IMG/VR virus record: IMGVR_UViG_3300048817_000078
Span: 6,072-70,071 of that record
DNA: 64,000 nt
DNA from: a virus
Reading direction: 5' to 3' (one strand)
The first letter of the stretch is position 1; each line of letters begins with the position of its first letter. The notes below the pieces were generated by a model. That model had not been told where the DNA came from, ran no database searches, and saw nothing but the letters and a program-made list of their open reading frames with translations. Positions 1-9,277 of the stretch are shown here, piece by piece. Both the position numbers and the translations under genes were made by a program.

Positions 1-729
1 TATCCATCGACTAATGGTTGGGGATACTCAACCGCTTCCACCGCTACCACGCAGACGGTCAACTTCCCATGTCAGGGCAACGCACCGATCTTATTGGTGG
101 GAAACATCGATTCAACAACAGTCACAGGGGTGACCGACAACAACAGCAACACTTGGGCAGGACTCACCAGGGTAGACAGTTCGGGAGACGGGTTCTCAAT
201 CCAGTATTACAACACCACCAACTATCCGGCCACTTGCAATGGGACAGAAAAAGTGACCGTGACCTATGGCGCCAACCCATCCGATCTAGATCCCTTGTGG
301 GTTTTCTTCGACGTGGCAGGCGCAGCATCTGGCTATGACTCTACGGCCACTTGCAGTTCCGGGTCTACGCCGTGTGCGACAAATACTTCATGTGCGTCCA
401 GCTCGACGGCAACAGGAGCACACATCACTCCCAGCGGATTTCCGGCCCTGGTGCTGAGTTACTTTAACCAGGACTTCGATACGATCAGTGGCATCAACGT
501 GGGGCAGTTCTTAACTGCTGAGGAAATATGCCCGAATGGGACCAACACCGGCTGTGGAGCTGCTGGTACGGGTACTTTCTATAACTACCAGGGATCTGGT
601 CTGGAGCAAGATGCGGGCATCATGGCCGATAGACTGGCAAGTGGCTCAGCAGCACTCACCTGGTCGGCCCAAAATACACAGAGTCAAAACATCGGCGCGT
701 GCTTTAGTAGCACCTTGGCCGTGAAGTAA
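1..729 (+). CDS. 5'-truncated Thr/Ser/Cys-rich beta-structure protein in the tail module
   Basis: Frame 1 is open from base 1 (YPSTNGWGYSTAST...) to TAA 727-729. Composition resembles the other adhesin-like tail-region proteins. Confidence 0.7.
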   Translation, partial: YPSTNGWGYSTASTATTQTVNFPCQGNAPILLVGNIDSTTVTGVTDNNSNTWAGLTRVDSSGDGFSIQYYNTTNYPATCNGTEKVTVTYGANPSDLDPLWVFFDVAGAASGYDSTATCSSGSTPCATNTSCASSSTATGAHITPSGFPALVLSYFNQDFDTISGINVGQFLTAEEICPNGTNTGCGAAGTGTFYNYQGSGLEQDAGIMADRLASGSAALTWSAQNTQSQNIGACFSSTLAVK

Positions 730-731
730 GG

Positions 732-866
732 GTGATTCTCTTAATGACTTCGGCGGTGCTCTACACGAGCGGCACATCGGCCCAGACCTTTACGTGGACC
801 ATTCAAAACACGAATAGCCAGGGAATCGACTACTACTTCTTCCAGGCAATTTCGGTGAAACCGTGA
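732..866 (+). pseudogene. 44-aa mini-ORF, paralogous to the C-terminus of the upstream protein (gene-replacement remnant)
   Basis: Encodes TWTIQNTNSQGI...ISVKP versus TWSAQNTQSQNI...LAVK upstream. Its TGA overlaps the next GTG start (GTGA). Confidence 0.45.
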
Positions 867-1795
867 GACAGTGCATAAGCGGTGCAGGCGTTGACACAAC
901 CACATCCGTCGTCACGTATCTTGCGGGCACCGTCAACCCTCTCATTCGGCACCTGTACCTGATCGGCGACCAGGATAACCCGCAGTCCATCTTCATGACC
1001 GACCACGAGGCACCGGTCATCTATCCGCCCTGGGGAACGTTCTATCCAGCCGTGGTTTCCAAGGGGTCGATCACATGCAAGGTTGGACTCGACGTTCAGA
1101 ACACCACAGTAAGCTGGTCACCCTCAAACCAAGACTTTACTTCGAGCGCGGCGACCGCAACGCCGCTGCAGCTTGCCCGCCAGCACTTCTATGACAACTG
1201 GCCGGTAAGGATCTGGAAATGCTTCATGCCGACGCCGGGCGATGCGAGCACGCTCGGCGCCTGCGAATGGTTCGGCGGCCGGATCGCAAACACGACGCTG
1301 GGCCGAAACCAGATTCAATTTCAGATCAACTCGTTCTTGGATGTGGTGACGCAGAAGGTTCCCGCGAACGTCATCGAGAGCACGTCGACCTTGGCCGGCT
1401 ACACGGCGGCGACCATTCCTGCGGGCGACCCTTCAATCCCCATCTTCAACGTATTCGTGGGGACAACGACAAACGCCATCATTGCGGACTGCATCTCGCC
1501 GACGCCGGGGAAGATTTACGCATTCAACCTGTTCGTGGCCGGATACCTGGTCTTCGTCAGCACTAACCCGGGCTCGACGCTGGGCGGTTTCTGGAGCGCG
1601 ATCTCGACCAACAACGAGTTTGTTGACGGCAACGGCAACACGCACAGCGTCTTCGATATCTATTCGTCGATGCCGTGGGCTCCGACGCCGGGTGTCGACC
1701 AGTTTTATGTGAGCACCGCAGCGCCGATCAATCAGGGCGACTCGCCGAACTTCGCCGGCTTTCCGTTCGTGCCCAGCCCGCAGAGCGCCGTTTAG
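863..1795 (+). CDS. Tail hub/baseplate protein, DUF2163 (lambda gpL/GTA-like)
   Basis: 310 aa; position upstream of NlpC/P60 and the tail tip; LDV...VSW...FGGRI...QFQINS pattern. Confidence 0.6.
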   Translation: MRQCISGAGVDTTTSVVTYLAGTVNPLIRHLYLIGDQDNPQSIFMTDHEAPVIYPPWGTFYPAVVSKGSITCKVGLDVQNTTVSWSPSNQDFTSSAATATPLQLARQHFYDNWPVRIWKCFMPTPGDASTLGACEWFGGRIANTTLGRNQIQFQINSFLDVVTQKVPANVIESTSTLAGYTAATIPAGDPSIPIFNVFVGTTTNAIIADCISPTPGKIYAFNLFVAGYLVFVSTNPGSTLGGFWSAISTNNEFVDGNGNTHSVFDIYSSMPWAPTPGVDQFYVSTAAPINQGDSPNFAGFPFVPSPQSAV

Positions 1796-1824
1796 GTCTT
1801 TGCAATCATCTCCAAGGACATTTC

Positions 1825-4800
1825 ATGAAAAGACTCACACTGCTCCTGGGTGCGCTGCTGGCCCTCTGCGCGCCGATGGTACGCGCTCAAACCATTAATG
1901 CGGCGAGCTGCTCGGCTGCCGACGTGCAGACAGCCTTTAACTCAGTTGTCACCTCGACGACGCAGGTAAATATCCCGGCGGGGAGCTGCAACTGGACCAC
2001 TCAGGTCACACTCAATGTGCCTTCAGGAAATACCAACCTCTCCATCATTGGGGCCACCACGATAAGCGGGTCCTGCGCTCCCGGGGGAACCTGCACGGCA
2101 ACGGACAGCACAACGATTACCGACAACGATGGAGCAGACCAGAATTGCCTGATCTGTCTTGGTCCGGGCGTAGCATCATCCTTTTTCAGGCTTTCTGGGT
2201 TGACGGTAAACATTGGGTCAGGCCATGTGAAATACAACGGCATGGTCGCCGTAAGCGGATATTCGCAAAGTACTCGTCTTGATCATCTTCACCTGAATGC
2301 CGGTCCGAATACCCCGATGAGAATTGGCTCCGGCGGTTGGATGTATGGGGTCATGGACCACAGCATCATTGAAGACAGTGGAGCAGTCGACGTCTGGGAT
2401 GACAACTGGGGCAATCCCGGGGGTACGACGAATACCAATTATTTCGGCGATGATTCCTTTGCCACGGCGACGAACTTCGGTAGCGGAAACGCCTTCTTCT
2501 TTGAGAACAACGTCTTCAACAGCGGTTCGATTCCCGGGCAATCGGCCTCTTACATGAATGACTGCTATTCCGGCGGCCGACTCGTCATCCGCTATAACAC
2601 CATGAACAACGTGGGCATGGACGAGCACCCCACGGGGGGTGCCGGAGCCGACATCCGCGGCTGCCGGAGCATGGAGGTTTACGGAAACCAGTTCAACGGT
2701 GCTATTTCGCCGACGACCGAGACGTATGACTTCTTTTACATGCAGTCGGCGACGGCCCTGGTCTGGAACAATACCGCATCCGGCTACGAGCACTTTCTAG
2801 ATCTACACACCACGCGCAGTACCGATACCACCTATGCCCAGTCTCCTACCCCTGGAGGGTGGGGATATTGCGGAAGCACGTCGGGGCTCTCGGGGGATGA
2901 ATCCGCGTGGGATCAAACACCCACTTCAACCTATGGCTACAAGTGCCTGGATGAACCGGGAACCGGGCAGTCTGATCTGTTGAATGGAACGGCGCCAAGC
3001 AAAGTCGATACTGCGACAGGTACGTTAACCTGGCCAAATCAGGCGCTCGAACCACTCTATGAATGGCTGAACAGCTATACCCCCTCATCTGGCTTTCCCA
3101 GCTCGACCTATTACACCGGGTACGCTCCCGGCCTGGCTGCGAACACTGATTATTATGCGTACACCGGGAGTTTTACCGGCAGCAGCGGAACGGGCAGCGG
3201 ATTGCTCGCTTCGCGCCCCGCAAGCTGCACGACCGGCGTGGCCTACTGGGCGACCGACCAAAGCACGCTCTACAAGTGCGTGGGGACGAACAGCTGGGCA
3301 AGTTATTACACCCCTTACGTTTATCCGCATCCGCTCGACACTGGCGGGGGCAGTATCACGCTCGCCTCGATAGCGGTAACAGGAGCGAACACGACGGCCG
3401 TAGGAGGAACGGTCGATTTGACGGCAACCTGCACCTATACGGGTTCCGGGGCGCCGTCCCCGACCAATTGCACCGGACCGAGTACCGATTCTCAGGGAAA
3501 CGCAGCAACGTGGACAAGCGGCACAACCTTACATGCCACGGTGGGGTCGACGACAGGCATAGTCACGGGCGTGGCCGCCGGCACGTCCAACATCACGGCC
3601 ACTGCGGCCGGTGTCAATAGCCCGGGCTTTACTGTCACCGTTTCGTCGACCACCACGTATTACATGTCGCCCTCGGGAAGCGATTCGAATTCCGGCACAA
3701 GTTCGGGTTCGCCCTGGGCTACCCCTAACCACTCCATAGCTTGCGGCACCACGATTTCAGCGGCGGCGGGCGCTTACGGGACAGCCCTTGGCTTCGGCAA
3801 TTGGGGCACGGTAACGGGCTGCGGCTCGGGTTCATCGGAAAACATCGCGGCTGTGGTTTGCGCGACTCCATTCGCCTGCACGGTGAGCCTCACCAGCGGC
3901 TCGCCGGGCGTCGGGATAACGGCTTCCAACTGGGGCGTCTTTGGTTTCGTCGCCACGGCGACCGGCGGCACGGCATCGTGCTTCGAGGCCTACCCGCTGG
4001 GCGGCTCGACCATCCACCACATCGTTTTCGGGAACGATATCGCCAACGGCTGCAACAGTGCCGGCTTCTCGTCTCCTCCAAACGGATCTGCCGGCGTCGA
4101 TTATTTCAACGTCGTCGGATCGATCTCATACAACGGATCGCAGGAATCGTCCGAGTGCGGGAGCGGCATCTCCATCTGGGAACCGGTGCAAAGCGATACC
4201 TTGGCTGGCACCCATATTTACATTTCGCAGACGTTCGACTGGCATAACGTGAACCCGAACCCCTGCGCGGGCACGCCGCCCACCGACGGGGAAGGGATAA
4301 TCTTCGATACTTGGGATGCTAATTCGTACGCCCAGCAAGGCGTGATGGAAAACAACATCTCGCTCTACAACGGCAATACGGGACTTCGCGTTGACTCGAC
4401 CACCCTGGCCCACACCTTCATTCTGAACAACACGGCCTATGCGAACGCGCAGGATTCCGCAATGGTCTCCTCGGAGTTCGGCGAGATCTTTCTCCAGGAG
4501 GACAATAACGCAACCGCTTCCAAGAACATAGTGCAGCCGACGGTCAACACGGTTGGCGGCTACCCGGTTTACACCTATGGCCTCAGCTTCTACAGCGCCG
4601 GGTCACCGGGCACAAACACGGTATCGAATAACCAGGGCTACAGTTCGTTCGGGAACGACACGAATTGCCAGGGAACCTGCACCGGATTCACCTTCGGACC
4701 CGGGAACACGACCACGAACCCGTCATTTACCAGCGCCCCGGGAAGCGTCCCCAGCGCCCCGAGCTGCAGCTCCTACGCGACCGTGCCCGCTTGCATGGCG

Positions 4801-7800
4801 GCGCTCATCACGGACCTCACGCCGACAAACGGCAACGCCTCATGGGGCTACCAGCCGGTCTCAGGCAGCGTCGTATCCGACCCGTACTTTCCGGCGTGGC
4901 TATGCAATGTGACCCAGCTATCGGGCTTGGTCACCAGGGGATGCGCGGCAGGTCCCACCCTCAGTTCGATCGCCGTGACCACGACCGGTGGAATAACTAC
5001 CTTCGGAATCGGCGTAACGAATCAGCTCACCGCGACCTGCACGTACACCGGAAGCGGTGCGCCCTCGCCGACCAATTGCACCACGACCGATTCGCAGGGC
5101 AACCGCGCGTCCTTCACCAGCGGGACGCCGGCAACCGGAACAGTGACCTCGCCCGGCGGTCTCTTCACCGCGGTAGCGGCCGGCACGACGAACGTCACTG
5201 CCAATGTCGGCGCGGTCACCAGTTCGCCCGTCACCTTGACGGTGAGCCCATCGGTTCTCGCGGCCACGCCCAGCTTCTCACCGACCTCAGCCACGTTTAG
5301 CGGAAGCCTCTCCGTCACCATCTCGGATACGACTCCCAGCTCGACCATCTACTACACCAACGATGGCAGTACGCCTACGACGGGATCGACCGTCTATTCG
5401 AGCCCGTTGACGCTGACGGCTACCACCACGCTCAAGGCGATTGCCACGGCTTCGGGATTCGTGCAGAGCAACATCGGAACGTCTGTCTACACACTCTCAT
5501 CGGGCGGCGATACGCGCACGGTGACAGAGCCCGTCTTCCCGCCGGTATGCCAGGTGCTCAACGCGGTGCTCTCGATCGGCACAAGCACCTCGATCAATAA
5601 CGACCCCTACAACGTCACGCCTTACCTGCCGGCGAATAACTTCAGCTATGAGCCGTCGTCGGAGACGGCATTTGATACGACCCGCGTCCAGAACGCGCTC
5701 AATAGCTGCGCGAGCGGCCAAGCGGTAGAACTCGCACCCAGCACGGACGGCACCAAGTACGGCTTTCTTCTGCAACGCATCACCGTCCCCACGGGTGTGA
5801 GTCTCACGATCGACCCCGGCGTCGGCGTTTATGCCAGCAGGAACCCGGCCGACTACGGCGGGACCAATTGCGGCGTGGTAACCTCCGCGGGCGGCGGATG
5901 CAATCACTGGATCACGGGGCCGAACACAACCGGCTCCGGGATTTACGGCTATGGCCGCTTGGACGGCCGCGGATGGGACCGGCTCTTGGTCGGCGGCGTC
6001 CAGCAAAGCTATTCGTGGTACTCGAACACGATCCAGGCCTACTGCAATAAGCACAGCGGCGCAATCAACGGCTCGCCGCCTTGCACGCCGAACTCGCAGG
6101 GTGGAAATCAGTACGGCCCGAACATCTTAGCCATGGTCAACGCCAGCAGCTTCACGCTTTACAAGACGACCCTTCATGCCGGGCCGGAATTTCAATTTGA
6201 GTGGGAGGGCACTAACGGCGGTACGCAGGCAAACGGGCTGACCGTTTGGGGCGCGAAAATCATCACCCCATTTGAAACCAGCAATACCGACGGTATTGAC
6301 CCAACAAACAATTTTCAGAATGTCACGGTTGAGGACAGCTTCATATCCAATGGCGACAACCAGATGGCCATGAAGAGCACCAATGGCGGCGGCGCTGGAA
6401 AGAACGTCTCCATCCTGAATAACCATACCTATGCCGGAATCGAGATCGGCATCGGCAGCGATACGGGTGGAGGATTCAGCAACGTCGTCGTAAGCGGCCT
6501 CACGCAGAATGGCAACCTGAACAACGTCCAGAGCGCCGGCATTGGCATCAACAGCTCAACCTCCAATGGAGGCACCGTCTCAAACATCACGTTCACCGAT
6601 ATTTGCCAGGTGAACGAGCATGACACATGGAGGTTCTACACGAATTATGGCTGCGACACCGGCTCGCAGACCCCGCTCTATACCGGCATCAAGCTGTCGA
6701 ACATCACCGTCCTTCCCTCGACCGCGCCCTACACCACTGGCAACTCTGGATACTTCACCTTCCAGGGCCTCAACAGCAGCAACCTGATGGGTCTGTCGCT
6801 CAATAACATCAACATCAATGGAACCAACCAGGGCGTGACACAGCAGTGCAGCGTGACGAAGGACCAGTACGCGCAAATCGCCTTGGGCCCGAACTTTGTC
6901 GATTCCTCGCTATTGAGTCAGTTCGCAGCCGGGACGAGCGTCAACACGACCGGAAGCGGCAGCGGTGGCACGCCATACAACTGCAGCTATCCCTCAAGCT
7001 TCCAGCCCATCGTAGGCGAACTGTTGATGATGACGCCCACGGCAACCAACCAGCAATGCCGGCCGAACTGCACCTTCTCGGGTTCCACGGCAACGTACAC
7101 CTTGCAGGTAGTGATCCAGCCGGCGACTGAGATCAACTCCAAGGAGTCTTATGCGCTGACCAGCGGCCCGATCACGTTCTCTGACAATGGGACCCCGGTC
7201 GGCACGGCCACCATCGGGACCTACGGAGATAACGGAACGCTGGCGCAACTCACGCTGACCAACGTCGCCGCGGGCACCCACCACTATACGGCGACCTATC
7301 CCAGCGATGGCCATTATGCGTCGTGGACTCCATACACCTTTGGCAGTCTTAACGTCGATATCAACGGCTGCACTCCAGGCTGCACGGCGCCGCCGACATT
7401 CTCGCCGACCACCGAGGGCTTCACCGGCACGGTAACTGTCACAATCTCCGACTCCAGCCCATCGCCGACGATCTACTACACGACGGATGGAAGCGTACCA
7501 ACCACGGGCTCGTCGGTTTATTCAACTCCGCTGACCTTCAGCGCGACCACAACGTTGCGCGCCATTGCTACTTCGTCGGGACTCACCACGAGCACGTCGA
7601 GCCAAGCAGTCTATACGCTCGGATCGAACCCTGCAGCAACGCCAACCTTCTCGCCCAACTCCGAGACCTTCACCGGAAGCATCTCGGTAGTCATTAGCGA
7701 TTCGACCAGCAGTCCGACCGTCTATTACACGCTCGATGGTTCGACCCCGACGACCGCCTCCACGGTTTATTCTGGACCCCTTGCCATCTCCGCAAGCACA

Positions 7801-8382
7801 ACCGTCAAGGCAATTGCCACGGCGAGCGGCTTTACGCAAAGCGCGGTCGGAACCGCAGTCTATTCGCTGAGCGGTCCAACCGCAGCGACGCCTCTCTTTA
7901 CGCCGGGCTCGCAGGCGTTCACCGGGACGCTCTCGGTTGTGATCTCCGATACCACGCCGAGCTCGACGATCTACTACACAACCAATGGGACCACGCCCAA
8001 CACTGGCTCGACAGTCTATTCAGGCCCCATCAGCGTCTCGGCAAACACGATCATTAACGCCATTGCGGTCGCGACCGGGTACATCACGAGCGCCATGGGC
8101 ACGGCGACCTACACGCTGAGCAGCCAGACGCCGACCATCATTCCGGGCCCGCAGAAGTTCTCGACGACGCTGACGGTCAGCATCGTTAGTCCGGCGGGCG
8201 GCGTCATTCACTACACGGTGGACGGGAGCACGCCGACGAGTGCGTCGCCGCTCTATGCAGGGGCCTTTACGATCAGCGCAAGCACGACGGTGAAGGCGAT
8301 CACGATAGTCTCGGGCGTTACGAGCCTTCCGGCGACGGTGATCTATACGCAGGGGCAGTGTTTTGGGTGCTGGTGGAAATGA
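1825..8382 (+). CDS. 2185-aa Sec-exported multidomain protein: beta-helix, Ig (Big_2), beta-helix, Ig, chitobiase C-terminal repeat, GH28-like domain, Big_3, four more chitobiase repeats
   Basis: AAGGA RBS at 1814-1818, ATG 1825, signal peptide MKRLTLLLGALLALCAPMVRA|Q. GH28 hallmarks DTRTVTEP and NTDGIDP; YYTxDGSTP repeats. Confidence 0.85.
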   Translation: MKRLTLLLGALLALCAPMVRAQTINAASCSAADVQTAFNSVVTSTTQVNIPAGSCNWTTQVTLNVPSGNTNLSIIGATTISGSCAPGGTCTATDSTTITDNDGADQNCLICLGPGVASSFFRLSGLTVNIGSGHVKYNGMVAVSGYSQSTRLDHLHLNAGPNTPMRIGSGGWMYGVMDHSIIEDSGAVDVWDDNWGNPGGTTNTNYFGDDSFATATNFGSGNAFFFENNVFNSGSIPGQSASYMNDCYSGGRLVIRYNTMNNVGMDEHPTGGAGADIRGCRSMEVYGNQFNGAISPTTETYDFFYMQSATALVWNNTASGYEHFLDLHTTRSTDTTYAQSPTPGGWGYCGSTSGLSGDESAWDQTPTSTYGYKCLDEPGTGQSDLLNGTAPSKVDTATGTLTWPNQALEPLYEWLNSYTPSSGFPSSTYYTGYAPGLAANTDYYAYTGSFTGSSGTGSGLLASRPASCTTGVAYWATDQSTLYKCVGTNSWASYYTPYVYPHPLDTGGGSITLASIAVTGANTTAVGGTVDLTATCTYTGSGAPSPTNCTGPSTDSQGNAATWTSGTTLHATVGSTTGIVTGVAAGTSNITATAAGVNSPGFTVTVSSTTTYYMSPSGSDSNSGTSSGSPWATPNHSIACGTTISAAAGAYGTALGFGNWGTVTGCGSGSSENIAAVVCATPFACTVSLTSGSPGVGITASNWGVFGFVATATGGTASCFEAYPLGGSTIHHIVFGNDIANGCNSAGFSSPPNGSAGVDYFNVVGSISYNGSQESSECGSGISIWEPVQSDTLAGTHIYISQTFDWHNVNPNPCAGTPPTDGEGIIFDTWDANSYAQQGVMENNISLYNGNTGLRVDSTTLAHTFILNNTAYANAQDSAMVSSEFGEIFLQEDNNATASKNIVQPTVNTVGGYPVYTYGLSFYSAGSPGTNTVSNNQGYSSFGNDTNCQGTCTGFTFGPGNTTTNPSFTSAPGSVPSAPSCSSYATVPACMAALITDLTPTNGNASWGYQPVSGSVVSDPYFPAWLCNVTQLSGLVTRGCAAGPTLSSIAVTTTGGITTFGIGVTNQLTATCTYTGSGAPSPTNCTTTDSQGNRASFTSGTPATGTVTSPGGLFTAVAAGTTNVTANVGAVTSSPVTLTVSPSVLAATPSFSPTSATFSGSLSVTISDTTPSSTIYYTNDGSTPTTGSTVYSSPLTLTATTTLKAIATASGFVQSNIGTSVYTLSSGGDTRTVTEPVFPPVCQVLNAVLSIGTSTSINNDPYNVTPYLPANNFSYEPSSETAFDTTRVQNALNSCASGQAVELAPSTDGTKYGFLLQRITVPTGVSLTIDPGVGVYASRNPADYGGTNCGVVTSAGGGCNHWITGPNTTGSGIYGYGRLDGRGWDRLLVGGVQQSYSWYSNTIQAYCNKHSGAINGSPPCTPNSQGGNQYGPNILAMVNASSFTLYKTTLHAGPEFQFEWEGTNGGTQANGLTVWGAKIITPFETSNTDGIDPTNNFQNVTVEDSFISNGDNQMAMKSTNGGGAGKNVSILNNHTYAGIEIGIGSDTGGGFSNVVVSGLTQNGNLNNVQSAGIGINSSTSNGGTVSNITFTDICQVNEHDTWRFYTNYGCDTGSQTPLYTGIKLSNITVLPSTAPYTTGNSGYFTFQGLNSSNLMGLSLNNININGTNQGVTQQCSVTKDQYAQIALGPNFVDSSLLSQFAAGTSVNTTGSGSGGTPYNCSYPSSFQPIVGELLMMTPTATNQQCRPNCTFSGSTATYTLQVVIQPATEINSKESYALTSGPITFSDNGTPVGTATIGTYGDNGTLAQLTLTNVAAGTHHYTATYPSDGHYASWTPYTFGSLNVDINGCTPGCTAPPTFSPTTEGFTGTVTVTISDSSPSPTIYYTTDGSVPTTGSSVYSTPLTFSATTTLRAIATSSGLTTSTSSQAVYTLGSNPAATPTFSPNSETFTGSISVVISDSTSSPTVYYTLDGSTPTTASTVYSGPLAISASTTVKAIATASGFTQSAVGTAVYSLSGPTAATPLFTPGSQAFTGTLSVVISDTTPSSTIYYTTNGTTPNTGSTVYSGPISVSANTIINAIAVATGYITSAMGTATYTLSSQTPTIIPGPQKFSTTLTVSIVSPAGGVIHYTVDGSTPTSASPLYAGAFTISASTTVKAITIVSGVTSLPATVIYTQGQCFGCWWK
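3358..5244 (+). repeat. Two Ig-like (Big_2) domain copies at 3358-3642 and 4957-5244
   Basis: Both begin TLxSIAVT and share the identical peptide TATCTYTGSGAPSPTNCT. Confidence 0.8.
5260..8352 (+). repeat. Five chitobiase/beta-hexosaminidase C-terminal (Fn3-associated) repeats: 5260-5496, then four in tandem at 7384-8352
   Basis: Repeated consensus ATPxFSP...SVxISD...IYYTxDGSTPTxxSxVYSxP...TTxKAIA. Confidence 0.85.
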
Positions 8383-8576
8383 TGAACCTAAAGAGAAGAA
8401 TCCGGCAGTTCCTTACTCAGCCTCGCGAAATCAGACTGCAGCAATTCAAAGAGGCGGTCGCGCACATGGAAGAAACGATGACGCCAGAGGAGATGCGCCT
8501 CTTCGTAAAGTTCCCGTGCGGACCGCGGATGCTTGCGGAACAAAGAAAGAGACGCCTCAGTGGAAACGGCGGCTAG
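8379..8576 (+). CDS. Small hypothetical protein (65 aa)
   Basis: ATGA coupling to the giant gene; overlaps the NlpC/P60 start. Confidence 0.5.
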   Translation: MMNLKRRIRQFLTQPREIRLQQFKEAVAHMEETMTPEEMRLFVKFPCGPRMLAEQRKRRLSGNGG

Positions 8577-9090
8577 CGCGATATCCCGCGACGACGCGGT
8601 GAAGATTGCGCGGAGTTGGATTGGGACGCCGTACGTTTTAGGCGGACGGGTCAAGGGTGCAGGGACAGATTGCGCCACATGCCTGGCCGAGTACCTTCTT
8701 GAGTGCGGTTTCGCAGAGCGCGAGGATCTCGGCGTCTACTCGCACGATTGGTTCTGCCACGCGCCGGACGAGCGTTACATGCTGCGGCTGATTCGGCACG
8801 CACGCAAGACGTTGGAAGGCCGGTGCCGCGGCACGGTGGAAGCCTCGCCCGGCGACCTGATTCTCTTCAAGGTGGCGCGCTCCCGGCTCTTCAACCATGG
8901 CGGCATTGTGACCCGCTGGCCGTTCATGGTCCACGCTGCGAACCCGGTTGTGAAGGAACAGAACTGCGTGACTCACTGGATGACCGGGTATACCGAGTTC
9001 GCGGTGTTTGATCCTTGGCCTACTGAACAATCGCTAGCGCCTTCCGGTGGCTCAGCCTGTTTGGGTCCACACCTGTTAGGTACGCATTGA
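8560..9090 (+). CDS. NlpC/P60 tail-associated peptidase
   Basis: WIGTPYVLGG...GTDC...HGGIV...MVHA, with Cys/His catalytic residues; canonical position before the tail tip gene. Confidence 0.9.
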   Translation: METAASAISRDDAVKIARSWIGTPYVLGGRVKGAGTDCATCLAEYLLECGFAEREDLGVYSHDWFCHAPDERYMLRLIRHARKTLEGRCRGTVEASPGDLILFKVARSRLFNHGGIVTRWPFMVHAANPVVKEQNCVTHWMTGYTEFAVFDPWPTEQSLAPSGGSACLGPHLLGTH

Positions 9091-9247
9091 TGAATGACAG
9101 CGGCAACACCTTAGAACTCCATCCATAGGCGGCCATCAAAGGCTTCTTGTTTTGGTTATCCAGGCGGGTAGCCATTCGCTTTGTTCTGCACACCGAGACT
9201 TTAAACAGGTCACCGCGAATGTACGTAAAGACGAGCCACTTTTCCAT
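9020..9247 (-). CDS. Possible reverse-strand moron (75 aa)
   Basis: Fills the gap between NlpC/P60 and the tail tip gene; more AT-rich; no clear RBS. Confidence 0.3.
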   Translation of the reverse strand: MEKWLVFTYIRGDLFKVSVCRTKRMATRLDNQNKKPLMAAYGWSSKVLPLSFINAYLTGVDPNRLSHRKALAIVQ

Positions 9248-9277
9248 GAGCGCAATCTTACTTGGAGCGGGCCCTGA

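Noticed and set aside
630-866. Diversity-generating retroelement template/variable repeat pair
   Set aside because: Differences are not adenine-specific, identity is mainly at protein level, and no reverse transcriptase is present in the window.
1675-1824. Upstream extension of the giant ORF to 2235 aa
   Set aside because: It overlaps the hub gene and has no RBS; ATG 1825 has AAGGA and begins a signal peptide.
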